Virus record (IMG/VR): IMGVR_UViG_3300010429_000409
Location: 1 to 64,000 of that record
Strand: one strand, 5' to 3'
Origin: a virus
Lineage: Duplodnaviria; Caudoviricetes
DNA length: 64,000 nucleotides
The position numbers were made by a program, and so were the translations under genes. Shown here in pieces: positions 9,579-17,864 of this stretch (the first letter of the stretch is position 1; each line of letters begins with the position of its first letter). The notes under the pieces are model-generated. The model had not been told where the DNA came from, ran no database searches, and worked only from the letters and a program-made list of their open reading frames with translations.

Positions 9579-10499
9579 TCACTCGGCACAATGCCGGTTT
9601 GTTTCCAGCCATTCCAATATCTCGCCCCAATCCTTCACCCTGTGAATCAGTGGGTGGGTTGGAATCGTCCTGTTGTCAGGGGTGTCAATCAGAAGCACCC
9701 TGACCCCAATGTTCACCAGCTCCAATGCGTGCTTGTCCCTGTCCTCAACAAAGGCTATCGGCCGGGCCGGGAAAATGTGCTCATAAATGGCTTCAGACTT
9801 GTCCTTGTTGAACAGCAACAAGTCATGCTTCACCCCATTTTCCCGGAGCCACGCCAAGGTGTCTGAATACACCCTCTTGTATTGCCAGTGCGGTCTGGCT
9901 GTGATGAGAGCAATTTTGAATCCCCAGCTGGCTACCTTGTCCAATGCTTCCTTTGCACCCGGGATGACTGGCAAGGTTCTGAATCCACCATTTTTGTAAT
10001 AACGCTCTTTGAGCCCTTCCAGCGCCAGCACCATCTGGTCATTCATCGGGGCGCCATTCCTCGCCTTGGCCAATTCGGCCTGAAATCCTGAGAGGTCAGC
10101 AATACACCCATCAAGATCAGAAATCAACAGCTTGGTGTTCGCTTGCAACTCCATCGTTGCACTATCGGCCTTTGAGCCCACCTCGTGGCTCTTGTGTATG
10201 AACGCATCCAGCACTTCCTCCGGCTGGATGTTGAACACTTGCGCAATTGAAATGGTGTACTTCATGATGTCCACCACTTCATCAATCACGTTCCCCTTTT
10301 CCACCGGCCGTTGCTTCAAGATGTGGTCCTTGTGGCTGGCAACTTCCCTGGCCAACTCTTGGGCTTCCTCGTACAGCCCCAAACACAGGTCCTTGAGCAG
10401 CTTTTCGCGCTCATGGATAGGCAACACCTCGGGGTCAAGGCCAAAGCCCTGTTGCTGATGGCGTTGCAGGTCCCAAATTGCCTCAAGCATATCAGTCAT
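9579..10499 (-). CDS. MazG/all-alpha dUTPase-like pyrophosphatase fused to a HAD 5'(3')-deoxyribonucleotidase
   Basis: N-terminal EEAQEL...DEVVDIMKY (ExxE...ExxD); C-terminal DLDGCIAD, ITAR, K and FVEDR HAD motifs I-IV. Confidence 0.8.
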   Translation of the reverse strand: MTDMLEAIWDLQRHQQQGFGLDPEVLPIHEREKLLKDLCLGLYEEAQELAREVASHKDHILKQRPVEKGNVIDEVVDIMKYTISIAQVFNIQPEEVLDAFIHKSHEVGSKADSATMELQANTKLLISDLDGCIADLSGFQAELAKARNGAPMNDQMVLALEGLKERYYKNGGFRTLPVIPGAKEALDKVASWGFKIALITARPHWQYKRVYSDTLAWLRENGVKHDLLLFNKDKSEAIYEHIFPARPIAFVEDRDKHALELVNIGVRVLLIDTPDNRTIPTHPLIHRVKDWGEILEWLETNRHCAE

Positions 10500-11461
10500 C
10501 CAAGCCACCTCCTGGCCAACGCTTCAGCGCCATCCAGCACCGTATCGGCAGTTGCTCTTGGGTCCCACTGGGCAAATCTCCCCAGCGGCGCCACATTATC
10601 AGGCCATTGCGGCTGAGATGGAAGAGGCAGCAGATGCCCTTTCATCCCAACACGTATCTGTTTGATATAATAACCATCTTGGAAAATGAATTGTAGGTCA
10701 CTCTCCATTTTGGTGTTGTCCAATTCCCCATTGGCTTCAACCATGTATCCAAGCCCAGCCGGACTGAATCTGTGAATGTAGTCTGCTGGCGTGTACGGGG
10801 TGTACACAAAGTCCCATGAGGCATAGCGATCACGCTCCGGAACCACCCATGCGATGTTCAACTTCATCGCAAATCCTTCTGGCAGGTACCATGGGCAGAT
10901 TCTTTTCAATATCCACATCGGAATGGTTACGATCATGGCATCGTACTGGAACCAACCTCCTGGCTCAACTCTGACTCTGCTCTTGGTCACTTCAACAGCT
11001 TCGCCACGGATGATCCTTGCGCCCTTGGACAACTGATCAACCAATGACTCAAAATCAGTCCGGATGGCGTGCCTGGCCTTGGAGCTGGTTGGGTCATTCA
11101 TAGCCTTCTTGGTGAAAGCACCCGGTTGGGTGCGACGTGTTTTGGAATAATGATCACGCTGCACCCGGGCCGCTTCCTCCGATGGCATTTTGTTGAGTGC
11201 TTGTGGATACGGCAGAACGCTTCCCCTGAGCAAGATGCCTCCATTCAGACGGTAGGATGAAAATGGCAATCCCATTCTGCTGACCATTCTGACCATGCCA
11301 TCCGTCCTGTGGATGTACTTCAACCCGCCTGAGATGAACTCCCCTCCCAGCCGCCCAGGCTCAACAATGACCATTTCGGCCGGAGCCGTTCCCCTGTGCT
11401 GTTGGAAGGCATGATGGGCAATGAGGCCTGAGATTCCTCCGCCGAGGATGACAACCTTCAC
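10496..11461 (-). CDS. FAD-dependent oxidoreductase (Glf/amine-oxidase-like Rossmann fold)
   Basis: N-terminal VVILGGGISG, E...LGG, YDAMIVTIP and C-terminal LGRFAQW; GTG start overlaps the upstream TGA. Confidence 0.8.
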   Translation of the reverse strand: MKVVILGGGISGLIAHHAFQQHRGTAPAEMVIVEPGRLGGEFISGGLKYIHRTDGMVRMVSRMGLPFSSYRLNGGILLRGSVLPYPQALNKMPSEEAARVQRDHYSKTRRTQPGAFTKKAMNDPTSSKARHAIRTDFESLVDQLSKGARIIRGEAVEVTKSRVRVEPGGWFQYDAMIVTIPMWILKRICPWYLPEGFAMKLNIAWVVPERDRYASWDFVYTPYTPADYIHRFSPAGLGYMVEANGELDNTKMESDLQFIFQDGYYIKQIRVGMKGHLLPLPSQPQWPDNVAPLGRFAQWDPRATADTVLDGAEALARRWLG

Positions 11462-12321
11462 AGCTTCACCTCCGGCATTTGGAATGCGCCCTTTTCGCAC
11501 ATCCTCTTCAGCTGTTCAGCCAACCAAGTCAGCCCTCCCAACTCCATGCTGGTCAATCTCGATTTGAAGCTGGTTGGATAGGTCAAATTGGATGGTGTGT
11601 ACCTGCTTCGATCATGTTTTGACATGTATTCAATGAACTCGTCCTGCAACCATGGGAGGTCCACCATCAATGTCCTACTCAACAACTCAGGGCGCATGCT
11701 TGCAACTGGTATCCTCCGCCCGCCCCTTGGAGCGCAATACACAGCCACATAACCTGATGACTTGCGTCTGTCCACCCAAAAGAATTGGCCTGGCCTTGGA
11801 GCATATCCGACTGCTGGAAGCCTTCCAGGGAAAACTCTGCCCAGCTGTTGTAGGAAGTGGACCATGAGCGCCAAGGCTTCCTGCTTTCTGGCTGCCACAG
11901 CCTGACTCTTGCGTCGCCAACGCCTTGCCTTGCGCTTCCTCCGCTTGCTCCTTGTGCCCTCCTGCTGCTCGGAACCTTCAGCTTGGCCCTCGGCCTGGGT
12001 TGCCTGTCCGGATGCCTCCTGCGCATCGCCTTGTGCTTTTTGGATAGTGGCTCTCAGGTCTTTCAGAAATAGCAGGAATGTCCTGTGGTCAACGTGGATC
12101 GATCTGCTGTATGCTCCATCACCGTTGTCTATTGTCTCAATGTGCTCTTCCCTTTTCTCACCACTTTCCTCGCAATAAGTGCTGAAGGCAGAACAATATG
12201 GTGACCAAGCGCATTTCAGCCGGGCAACCTTGTCTGTCGCCCGGCTGTCACCATCGCACTCAGGATCACTTTTCGAGTACAGCCCCAAGCACAGGGGCAT
12301 TCTGTCCGCCCCGCCACTCAT
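11458..12321 (-). CDS. hypothetical protein (N-terminal Cys motif, basic central patch)
   Basis: 287 aa ORF filling the operon; CLGLY..SDPEC...KCAWSPYC and an RRKRKARRWRRK patch. Confidence 0.6.
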   Translation of the reverse strand: MSGGADRMPLCLGLYSKSDPECDGDSRATDKVARLKCAWSPYCSAFSTYCEESGEKREEHIETIDNGDGAYSRSIHVDHRTFLLFLKDLRATIQKAQGDAQEASGQATQAEGQAEGSEQQEGTRSKRRKRKARRWRRKSQAVAARKQEALALMVHFLQQLGRVFPGRLPAVGYAPRPGQFFWVDRRKSSGYVAVYCAPRGGRRIPVASMRPELLSRTLMVDLPWLQDEFIEYMSKHDRSRYTPSNLTYPTSFKSRLTSMELGGLTWLAEQLKRMCEKGAFQMPEVKL

Positions 12322-13273
12322 TCTTCCGCAATTCCCCTATCAGTTTGTTGTACCATTGAATTGGAAGCCTGACACGGATTCTCCCTGTGCCGGCAACCTC
12401 GCCAGTGTTTGGATTGAATCGCCCTTCAACCACAATGGTAAAGTGCTTGGCCGCCCGACATCCCATCACGATGGCGCCCCAAGCATATTGGATCACAACC
12501 AACTTCCGGGCCAATCCTTCTTTGATGGCAATCTTGGGATTTTTCAAGGTCAAACCGCGCCGGATTGCTGTTGTTCTGACAAATTCTGCATCATTCCATT
12601 TGGCGCTCGTGTGGACAAGGGGTCGGCCCATGATGATAGACTCTTCCTGTGTTCCCCAGATTTCGCTGAATTCCCCTACCAAATCCATGAACTTGAGCCT
12701 GATCTTAGACAGAATCCAGTCAATTTGGTTCTTGGTCATATTGAATCGTCTGCACAATTCCACATTGCTGGCACCATCAGGCCCGAGGTCCAAACGTGCC
12801 TCGAACACCTTGCGTTCCTCTGCACTCAGACGTTCCGCCAGGCGCTCCTTGAATTGACACAGCATCCTCGCCCGCTCCTGCTCAATCAACGCTTCCTCGG
12901 GCGATGTTGCGCTGGGGTGGAAGCACTCACTGAGTTCATCCAGGCTCTCAGGTCGCATCGGAGTTGGAGCCCATCCAGCCCCATCCCAAACCATCACATG
13001 CGGCATCCGGCTTTTGGCAAGCATGCTCGCCATCAGGCTGTTGTAGGTGTTCTCCATCACCTTGCTGATGAATGCCTCGGCCGTTCCCCTCTTGGGGTCG
13101 AATGAACCGTGTGCAATTGAAGACAGAAGGGCAATCCGACCTTCTTGCACGGCATCATCAAAGTCAATTGGTCCGTTCCAGCGCAGCCGTCTGGCCCGAG
13201 TCTTGATGATGGGCAGGTGCTCTTCCTCCGCCTGCCTGTATTGCTTCTTGATCTTGTCGTCGCACCGCTTCAC
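12266..13273 (-). CDS. phage sigma-70-family RNA polymerase sigma factor with C-terminal extension
   Basis: Region 2 DFDDAVQEGRIALL...FDPKRG; SPEEAL; region 4 LSAEERKVFEARL...SNVELCRRFNMT HTH. Confidence 0.8.
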   Translation of the reverse strand: MKRCDDKIKKQYRQAEEEHLPIIKTRARRLRWNGPIDFDDAVQEGRIALLSSIAHGSFDPKRGTAEAFISKVMENTYNSLMASMLAKSRMPHVMVWDGAGWAPTPMRPESLDELSECFHPSATSPEEALIEQERARMLCQFKERLAERLSAEERKVFEARLDLGPDGASNVELCRRFNMTKNQIDWILSKIRLKFMDLVGEFSEIWGTQEESIIMGRPLVHTSAKWNDAEFVRTTAIRRGLTLKNPKIAIKEGLARKLVVIQYAWGAIVMGCRAAKHFTIVVEGRFNPNTGEVAGTGRIRVRLPIQWYNKLIGELRKNEWRGGQNAPVLGAVLEK

Positions 13274-15174
13274 GCAACCCTCCGCTTGCCGCCCACCAGC
13301 TTGTCCTTGAGCAGCTTCAAAACAGACTCAGCGATCTTGTCCATCTCTCGAATCCAGATGTGATCTGAACCATTTTCCTTGGTGTAGTATTCTCTCACTG
13401 AGCTGCCGTTGTTGCCCAGCCCGATGCCCAGAACCTCGATGCCTGCTGCGACCACCTTGCGAATCATGTCCACCAGGTGCTGCGCCTCCAGCTCCAGGTT
13501 GCAACCGGCAGCCGGACGCCCGTCGCTGAGCACCAGGATCATCTTCCGCGCCTCCGGGCGCTTGGCAATGCGCTTGGCAGCCGCAATCAGCGCATCGCCA
13601 TCGCTGTTGTTGCCACCACCATCCATGGCGGAGGCCAGGCCATCCCGCGCCTTGGCGAGTTTTTCATCAAACGTCTTGAACTCCTCGATGCGCAGAGCCC
13701 AGCTGCGACCCGTGCAACCTTCCCTCACACCCACGAGGTTGTGGAATCCGAGGATTTCAAACTTGATGCCCAGTGATTCCAGAGTCTCAGCAACCGCAAT
13801 CGCAGTCCTCTGGGCCGCATGGGCGCCAGTTCCGCTGTTTTCGCTGCTGGACATTGAGCCTGAAAGGTCGATTAGCAGCGTGATGGCCGTGTCAATCTTG
13901 TCGCCTTCCCGCTTCTGTGCGAAAACAAACTTGTTTCCAGCCCGGAGGCTGTGGAGGTTTGATGAGTCCAACTCGCCGCTTTCCTGGTCAGCCTCCCGGC
14001 GGCAAGCGGTCTTGGCCTTGATCAGCTGGGACAGCTTGGCCCGAAGGGTTCCAATCTGGCCACCCAGGGTGGCCTTGATGGCGTTGTACTTCCCAACGCT
14101 GGGCAGCGCCTCGGGCTTGCCAGTGCTATCGGCCTTGAGCACTTCAGGGCTGACCACGTACTTGCCATCACAGATGGCCCGTTCCATGGCCTCGGTGGAC
14201 TTTTCTTCAATTTCCTTCCGCAGCGCATCAGCCAGGTCGGTCACATTGGCGTCATCATCGGAACCGTCCAGTGCCTTCTCAGCCTCGCTTGGCTCGCTGG
14301 GAACCGTTCCCTTGGCATCCTCGCTGTCAGAGGTGCCGTCCTGCTTGTCACCTTCCTCCGCCTTGGACTCGCCCTTGGCCTGGTCACCCTCGGTGCTCCC
14401 CTTGTCATCCTTGCTGCCCTCACCCTCACCCTGCTCCTCACCCTCACCCTGCTCCTCACCCTCGCCCTGCTCCTCACCCTCGCCCTGCTCCTCACCCTCG
14501 CCACCCTCGCCCTGCTCCTCACCCTGCTCCTCGGCCTGCTTCTTGGCCTGCTCCCGCTCCTGCTGGGCCTGCTTGGCCTCGGCATTCAGCTTGTTGATCT
14601 TCTCCACGATGCGCTTGGCAACAGCCAACGAGTCGTGGCCATTCTTGGCATTCTGCGCAGCCTTGATCTCGGGCTCAAACGCCTTCAGCAACTGGACCAT
14701 GTCACCAGCCCAGCTGGTGTCGAATCCACGGGCAGCAGCGATGAACGCGCAACCAAACTTCCGCCAGAAGTCCATCTGCTTGCCGCTGTTGGCCCGAATG
14801 AAGTGCTTGTTGAGCTTCTGGAGGTTCTGAGCAACGCCAATCAGTTCCCGGCTGGCGTCCATCTCAATCCTGATGTCCTCAACCACGTTCATCATGAGCT
14901 TGGTCTTGTTGTCGCGGAGGGTTCTCACGAGGTCAAGCGGGGAAAGCTGACCAGCTGCGTGCGCCTTCTGCTCTTCCCGGACGTGCCAAGTTTCGTGGTC
15001 AAGTGCGCCGTCCAGCAGTTCCTCGGGGAGGTCATCCGCATTTGCGGGGAGGGTGATGGTGTTGCCATCGGTGTAGCAGCCCTTGCCGAACCGGACGGTG
15101 ATGCCCCAGGTCCTGCTGAGGGTCCTGGCCACCTTCTCCATCCTGCTTTCCAGCTTGCTCAGGCTCCGATTCAT
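13270..15174 (-). CDS. CobT-like vWA-domain protein with N-terminal HExxH domain
   Basis: GALDHETWH...NVVEDIRIE; acidic linker; MIDAS LIDLSGSMS, N.DG.A and VLSDGRP. Confidence 0.85.
   Translation of the reverse strand: MNRSLSKLESRMEKVARTLSRTWGITVRFGKGCYTDGNTITLPANADDLPEELLDGALDHETWHVREEQKAHAAGQLSPLDLVRTLRDNKTKLMMNVVEDIRIEMDASRELIGVAQNLQKLNKHFIRANSGKQMDFWRKFGCAFIAAARGFDTSWAGDMVQLLKAFEPEIKAAQNAKNGHDSLAVAKRIVEKINKLNAEAKQAQQEREQAKKQAEEQGEEQGEGGEGEEQGEGEEQGEGEEQGEGEEQGEGEGSKDDKGSTEGDQAKGESKAEEGDKQDGTSDSEDAKGTVPSEPSEAEKALDGSDDDANVTDLADALRKEIEEKSTEAMERAICDGKYVVSPEVLKADSTGKPEALPSVGKYNAIKATLGGQIGTLRAKLSQLIKAKTACRREADQESGELDSSNLHSLRAGNKFVFAQKREGDKIDTAITLLIDLSGSMSSSENSGTGAHAAQRTAIAVAETLESLGIKFEILGFHNLVGVREGCTGRSWALRIEEFKTFDEKLAKARDGLASAMDGGGNNSDGDALIAAAKRIAKRPEARKMILVLSDGRPAAGCNLELEAQHLVDMIRKVVAAGIEVLGIGLGNNGSSVREYYTKENGSDHIWIREMDKIAESVLKLLKDKLVGGKRRVA
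14418..14532. repeat. coding tandem repeat (about 18 bp units, EEQGEG) in the vWA protein linker
   Basis: Repeated CCCTGCTCCTCACCCTC(A/G) units. Confidence 0.9.
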
Positions 15175-15198
15175 CGTGTTGACCTCCTGCCCCTTCCC

Positions 15199-15384
15199 CT
15201 ATGCGAAAACCATACCGTTTCAATTCAAACCACGCACCTCCGTGTAACAATTACAAATTTGCGATTTCATGCCATGTGCACCAGAATCAAAATTGTAACC
15301 TTTTTTCGTACCATTTTTGGTTGAAATCAATCTTTTCAAACACTTCAAACCAGGAAAAGTTTTCCGTGACCCAGAAATCTTTTC
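15199..15384 (-). promoter_or_regulatory. AT-rich upstream element, copy A (before the vWA gene)
   Basis: Boxes of 31 bp (15199-15229), 29 bp (15288-15316), 16 bp (15350-15365) and 13 bp (15372-15384) are identical to boxes in 16670-16869. Confidence 0.7.
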
Positions 15385-15394
15385 CTGGTTTGAA
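15344..15394 (-). terminator. 16-bp perfect hairpin just downstream of the AAA+ gene
   Basis: TTCAAACCAGGAAAAG (15344-15359) pairs with CTTTTCCTGGTTTGAA (15379-15394); 6 nt after the stop; weak U-tract. Confidence 0.55.
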
Positions 15395-15400
15395 CCCATC

Positions 15401-16633
15401 TCAGTTCCCGAAGTAACGCTGGATGAGGCTGGCCACAAACGCCTTGTCATCCTTGGACATTCTGTTGAGCACCGCTCCGGATGCCGCCTTGGACACTGCC
15501 TTGGCTGCGCCGTTGATTTCCTGGGCACCGAACCACACTGCCTGCTGCGCCCACGCCAACAGGCGCCGGGTGCTGAAGGTGGTGTAGCACTGCTCATTGG
15601 CAGCTGCCCTGCGAACCTCGTTGGCCACGGACACCATCTTGCGAGCCATCTCAGCCCTGATGCCGGTCTTGCGAGTGAGGATGCGCGTCTCAACATCCAC
15701 GTCAGGGTAGCTGGTCTCAAGCACCACTCCAAACCTGTCCAAGAATGCCTCGTTGAGGCTGTTGGTTCCCTGATACATGCCGGAATCGTCGCCCCGCCCC
15801 TTGGTGTTAGCAGTGGCCAGGATGCGGAAGTTGGGGTGCGCCTTGACCACCTCGCCACCGTTGCCGGTCAGGACCAACTTGGCGCCAGTGGTGCTGCGCT
15901 CCAACACAGCCTGGAGCACAAACAGAATCTGGGCCGGAGCCGCATCCAGCTCATCGATCAGCAGCCAGTGGCCGCGCCGCATGGCAGTCGGAAGAATGCC
16001 ATCCACCCAGCGGGTCACCGACTGGCCCGAGGTCTCATCCACATCCACCACCTTCTCACCCACGAAATCCGCCTTGCGAACATCCCCATCCATGTTGATG
16101 CGCTGAACCGGCTGGTTGAGCAGCGAGGCCAGCTGGAGCACGCTGGAGGTTTTGCCGTTGCCGGTGGGCCCGACCCAGAGCAGATTCTGCCTGGAGTCGA
16201 TGGCCAGCGCCATCAGTTCCCAGGCTTCCTTCATGGTGTCGGACATCTCCCAGCCGTCATCGAACGCAGGGACATAGGGCTGATCCAAGAATGGATCCAA
16301 CTCCGCCTTTTCCCTCTGAGCGAGTTGGGCCCGACCCACAGTGAACACCTTGGAAGTGGTGGTCACGGAGGCTCCGCTGGCCTTGTCCACACCGATGGTC
16401 ATCTGGGGAGCCTTGGGGGTGGTGGGCTTCCGATTGAGCTGACCATCGCTGGCCCTCTTTTTGGCGTACTCTGAGAGGATGGGCGCCCCGGGGTATTGGG
16501 CCTTGTAGTCAGCCACCTTCATGCTGTGCTCGTGGCTGATGTGGATCTCCAAGCGGTGGAAGTGCTGCCCACAGACTTCACACTTGACCTTCTTGTTCCC
16601 GCTCCGGTCTGTGTCGCTCCAGGAACCGCTCAT
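15401..16633 (-). CDS. CobS/CbbQ/NirQ-like MoxR AAA+ ATPase with N-terminal C2H2 zinc finger
   Basis: CEVCG...HISHEH...YKAQYP; Walker A GPTGNGKT; Walker B LLIDELD; ATANTKG; NEAFLDRF; STRRL. Confidence 0.9.
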   Translation of the reverse strand: MSGSWSDTDRSGNKKVKCEVCGQHFHRLEIHISHEHSMKVADYKAQYPGAPILSEYAKKRASDGQLNRKPTTPKAPQMTIGVDKASGASVTTTSKVFTVGRAQLAQREKAELDPFLDQPYVPAFDDGWEMSDTMKEAWELMALAIDSRQNLLWVGPTGNGKTSSVLQLASLLNQPVQRINMDGDVRKADFVGEKVVDVDETSGQSVTRWVDGILPTAMRRGHWLLIDELDAAPAQILFVLQAVLERSTTGAKLVLTGNGGEVVKAHPNFRILATANTKGRGDDSGMYQGTNSLNEAFLDRFGVVLETSYPDVDVETRILTRKTGIRAEMARKMVSVANEVRRAAANEQCYTTFSTRRLLAWAQQAVWFGAQEINGAAKAVSKAASGAVLNRMSKDDKAFVASLIQRYFGN

Positions 16634-16669
16634 TTTCAACCTCCAGAGTTTGAATACCTGTTCCTGGTT

Positions 16670-16870
16670 CTATGCGAAAACCATACCGTTTCAATTCAAA
16701 AACACTATCCACCAAAGCCCATTACAATTTTGCCAGAATTGGTCATCTCGCCAATCAGCCAAAATTGTAACCTTTTTTCGTACCATTTGAGGACAATTTC
16801 AATTATCCAATTGAATTTGTTTCCATATTCATGAACAGAAATCTTTTCGTACACCAGGAAAAGTTTTCCT
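16670..16870 (-). promoter_or_regulatory. AT-rich upstream element, copy B (before the AAA+ gene)
   Basis: Boxes at 16670-16700, 16760-16788, 16836-16848 and 16854-16869 match copy A; includes the palindrome AGGAAAAGTTTTCCT. Confidence 0.7.
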
Positions 16871-16883
16871 AGCATTTTCAGCC

Positions 16884-17864
16884 CTATAACACTTTGATTT
16901 GCTTCAATTTATGCTTCAGAAGCTCAGTTTTGTCACCTGAAAACCTCTGCATGCTGTCGATGGCCTCCGTCACATCCTCGGGTGATGATGCCCCCGGGTC
17001 GATGCCATCACGCAACCTACACACATACAGGCTCCGAAACAAGCACACCAACTGGGTGGCTGCCTTGAATGGAGCCACATATTCCTCTGGGTCAAGCATC
17101 ACGATGATGGCCTTGTCACGAGGCAGCGCCCGGAGTTGCATCAGCTGGTTGGCGTGCAGGACCTTCCCAAGCACCGCCACAGCCGAATATCCGTGCTGTA
17201 TCATCTTCAGCGCATCCAACGGACCTTCAACGATAAACACTGGCCGTTTGCCAATAGATGGCCAGCCGAACAGCAGCGAACCATGGTCTGTGTCCTTCGG
17301 GTTGAGATACCTGGGCTGCTGGACGCCAGTGGCATCTCTTGCCGTGAATGATGAACCGGCCGGGCATCTGATTGGGATGACCACTCGGCCGCTGTATCTG
17401 CCGCTCTGGCAATACCCCAGCCCCCACGCCTTGACAATCCGCTGTTCAAATCCTCGCTGCTTCAGATATGATGGCATGCGCATCTTTGAACCATTCCAAG
17501 CAGGGATGAACTCTGGCGGGAGGTCCGCATGCACCATCTCATCCTCGGGCTCCGCCTCGGGTGCGGGGTGCGTTGCTTCCACTGGTTGGCAACTCTTCCT
17601 CCGCTGGAATGGCATGATCTGCTTGGCTATGGTGCGCCTGGCTTCCGCCTCGCTGATTCCTTCTGCTTCAGCCATCAACCGGACCACGCCATGGATTCCA
17701 CGGCCACGCGCATCACACCGAAAACAAACAAACGCCCACTTGTCCACATTGATGTAGAAGTGCTGATCCTTCCCACAGAATGGACAGGTGGCAGTCAATT
17801 CGCCTTTGGAAGAATCAGCAACATGCCCAAGGGTATCACGCACCCATTTCTCCAAATCAAGCAT
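16884..17864 (-). CDS. DNA primase (Zn finger + TOPRIM)
   Basis: CPFC...CFRC, RVVIPI, RYLNP, IVEGPLDAL, MLDPE and DPG; directly after DnaB. Confidence 0.9.
   Translation of the reverse strand: MLDLEKWVRDTLGHVADSSKGELTATCPFCGKDQHFYINVDKWAFVCFRCDARGRGIHGVVRLMAEAEGISEAEARRTIAKQIMPFQRRKSCQPVEATHPAPEAEPEDEMVHADLPPEFIPAWNGSKMRMPSYLKQRGFEQRIVKAWGLGYCQSGRYSGRVVIPIRCPAGSSFTARDATGVQQPRYLNPKDTDHGSLLFGWPSIGKRPVFIVEGPLDALKMIQHGYSAVAVLGKVLHANQLMQLRALPRDKAIIVMLDPEEYVAPFKAATQLVCLFRSLYVCRLRDGIDPGASSPEDVTEAIDSMQRFSGDKTELLKHKLKQIKVL

Noticed and set aside
13270-16633. Cobalamin biosynthesis genes cobS/cobT
   Set aside because: No cobN or other cob genes; only family-level resemblance.
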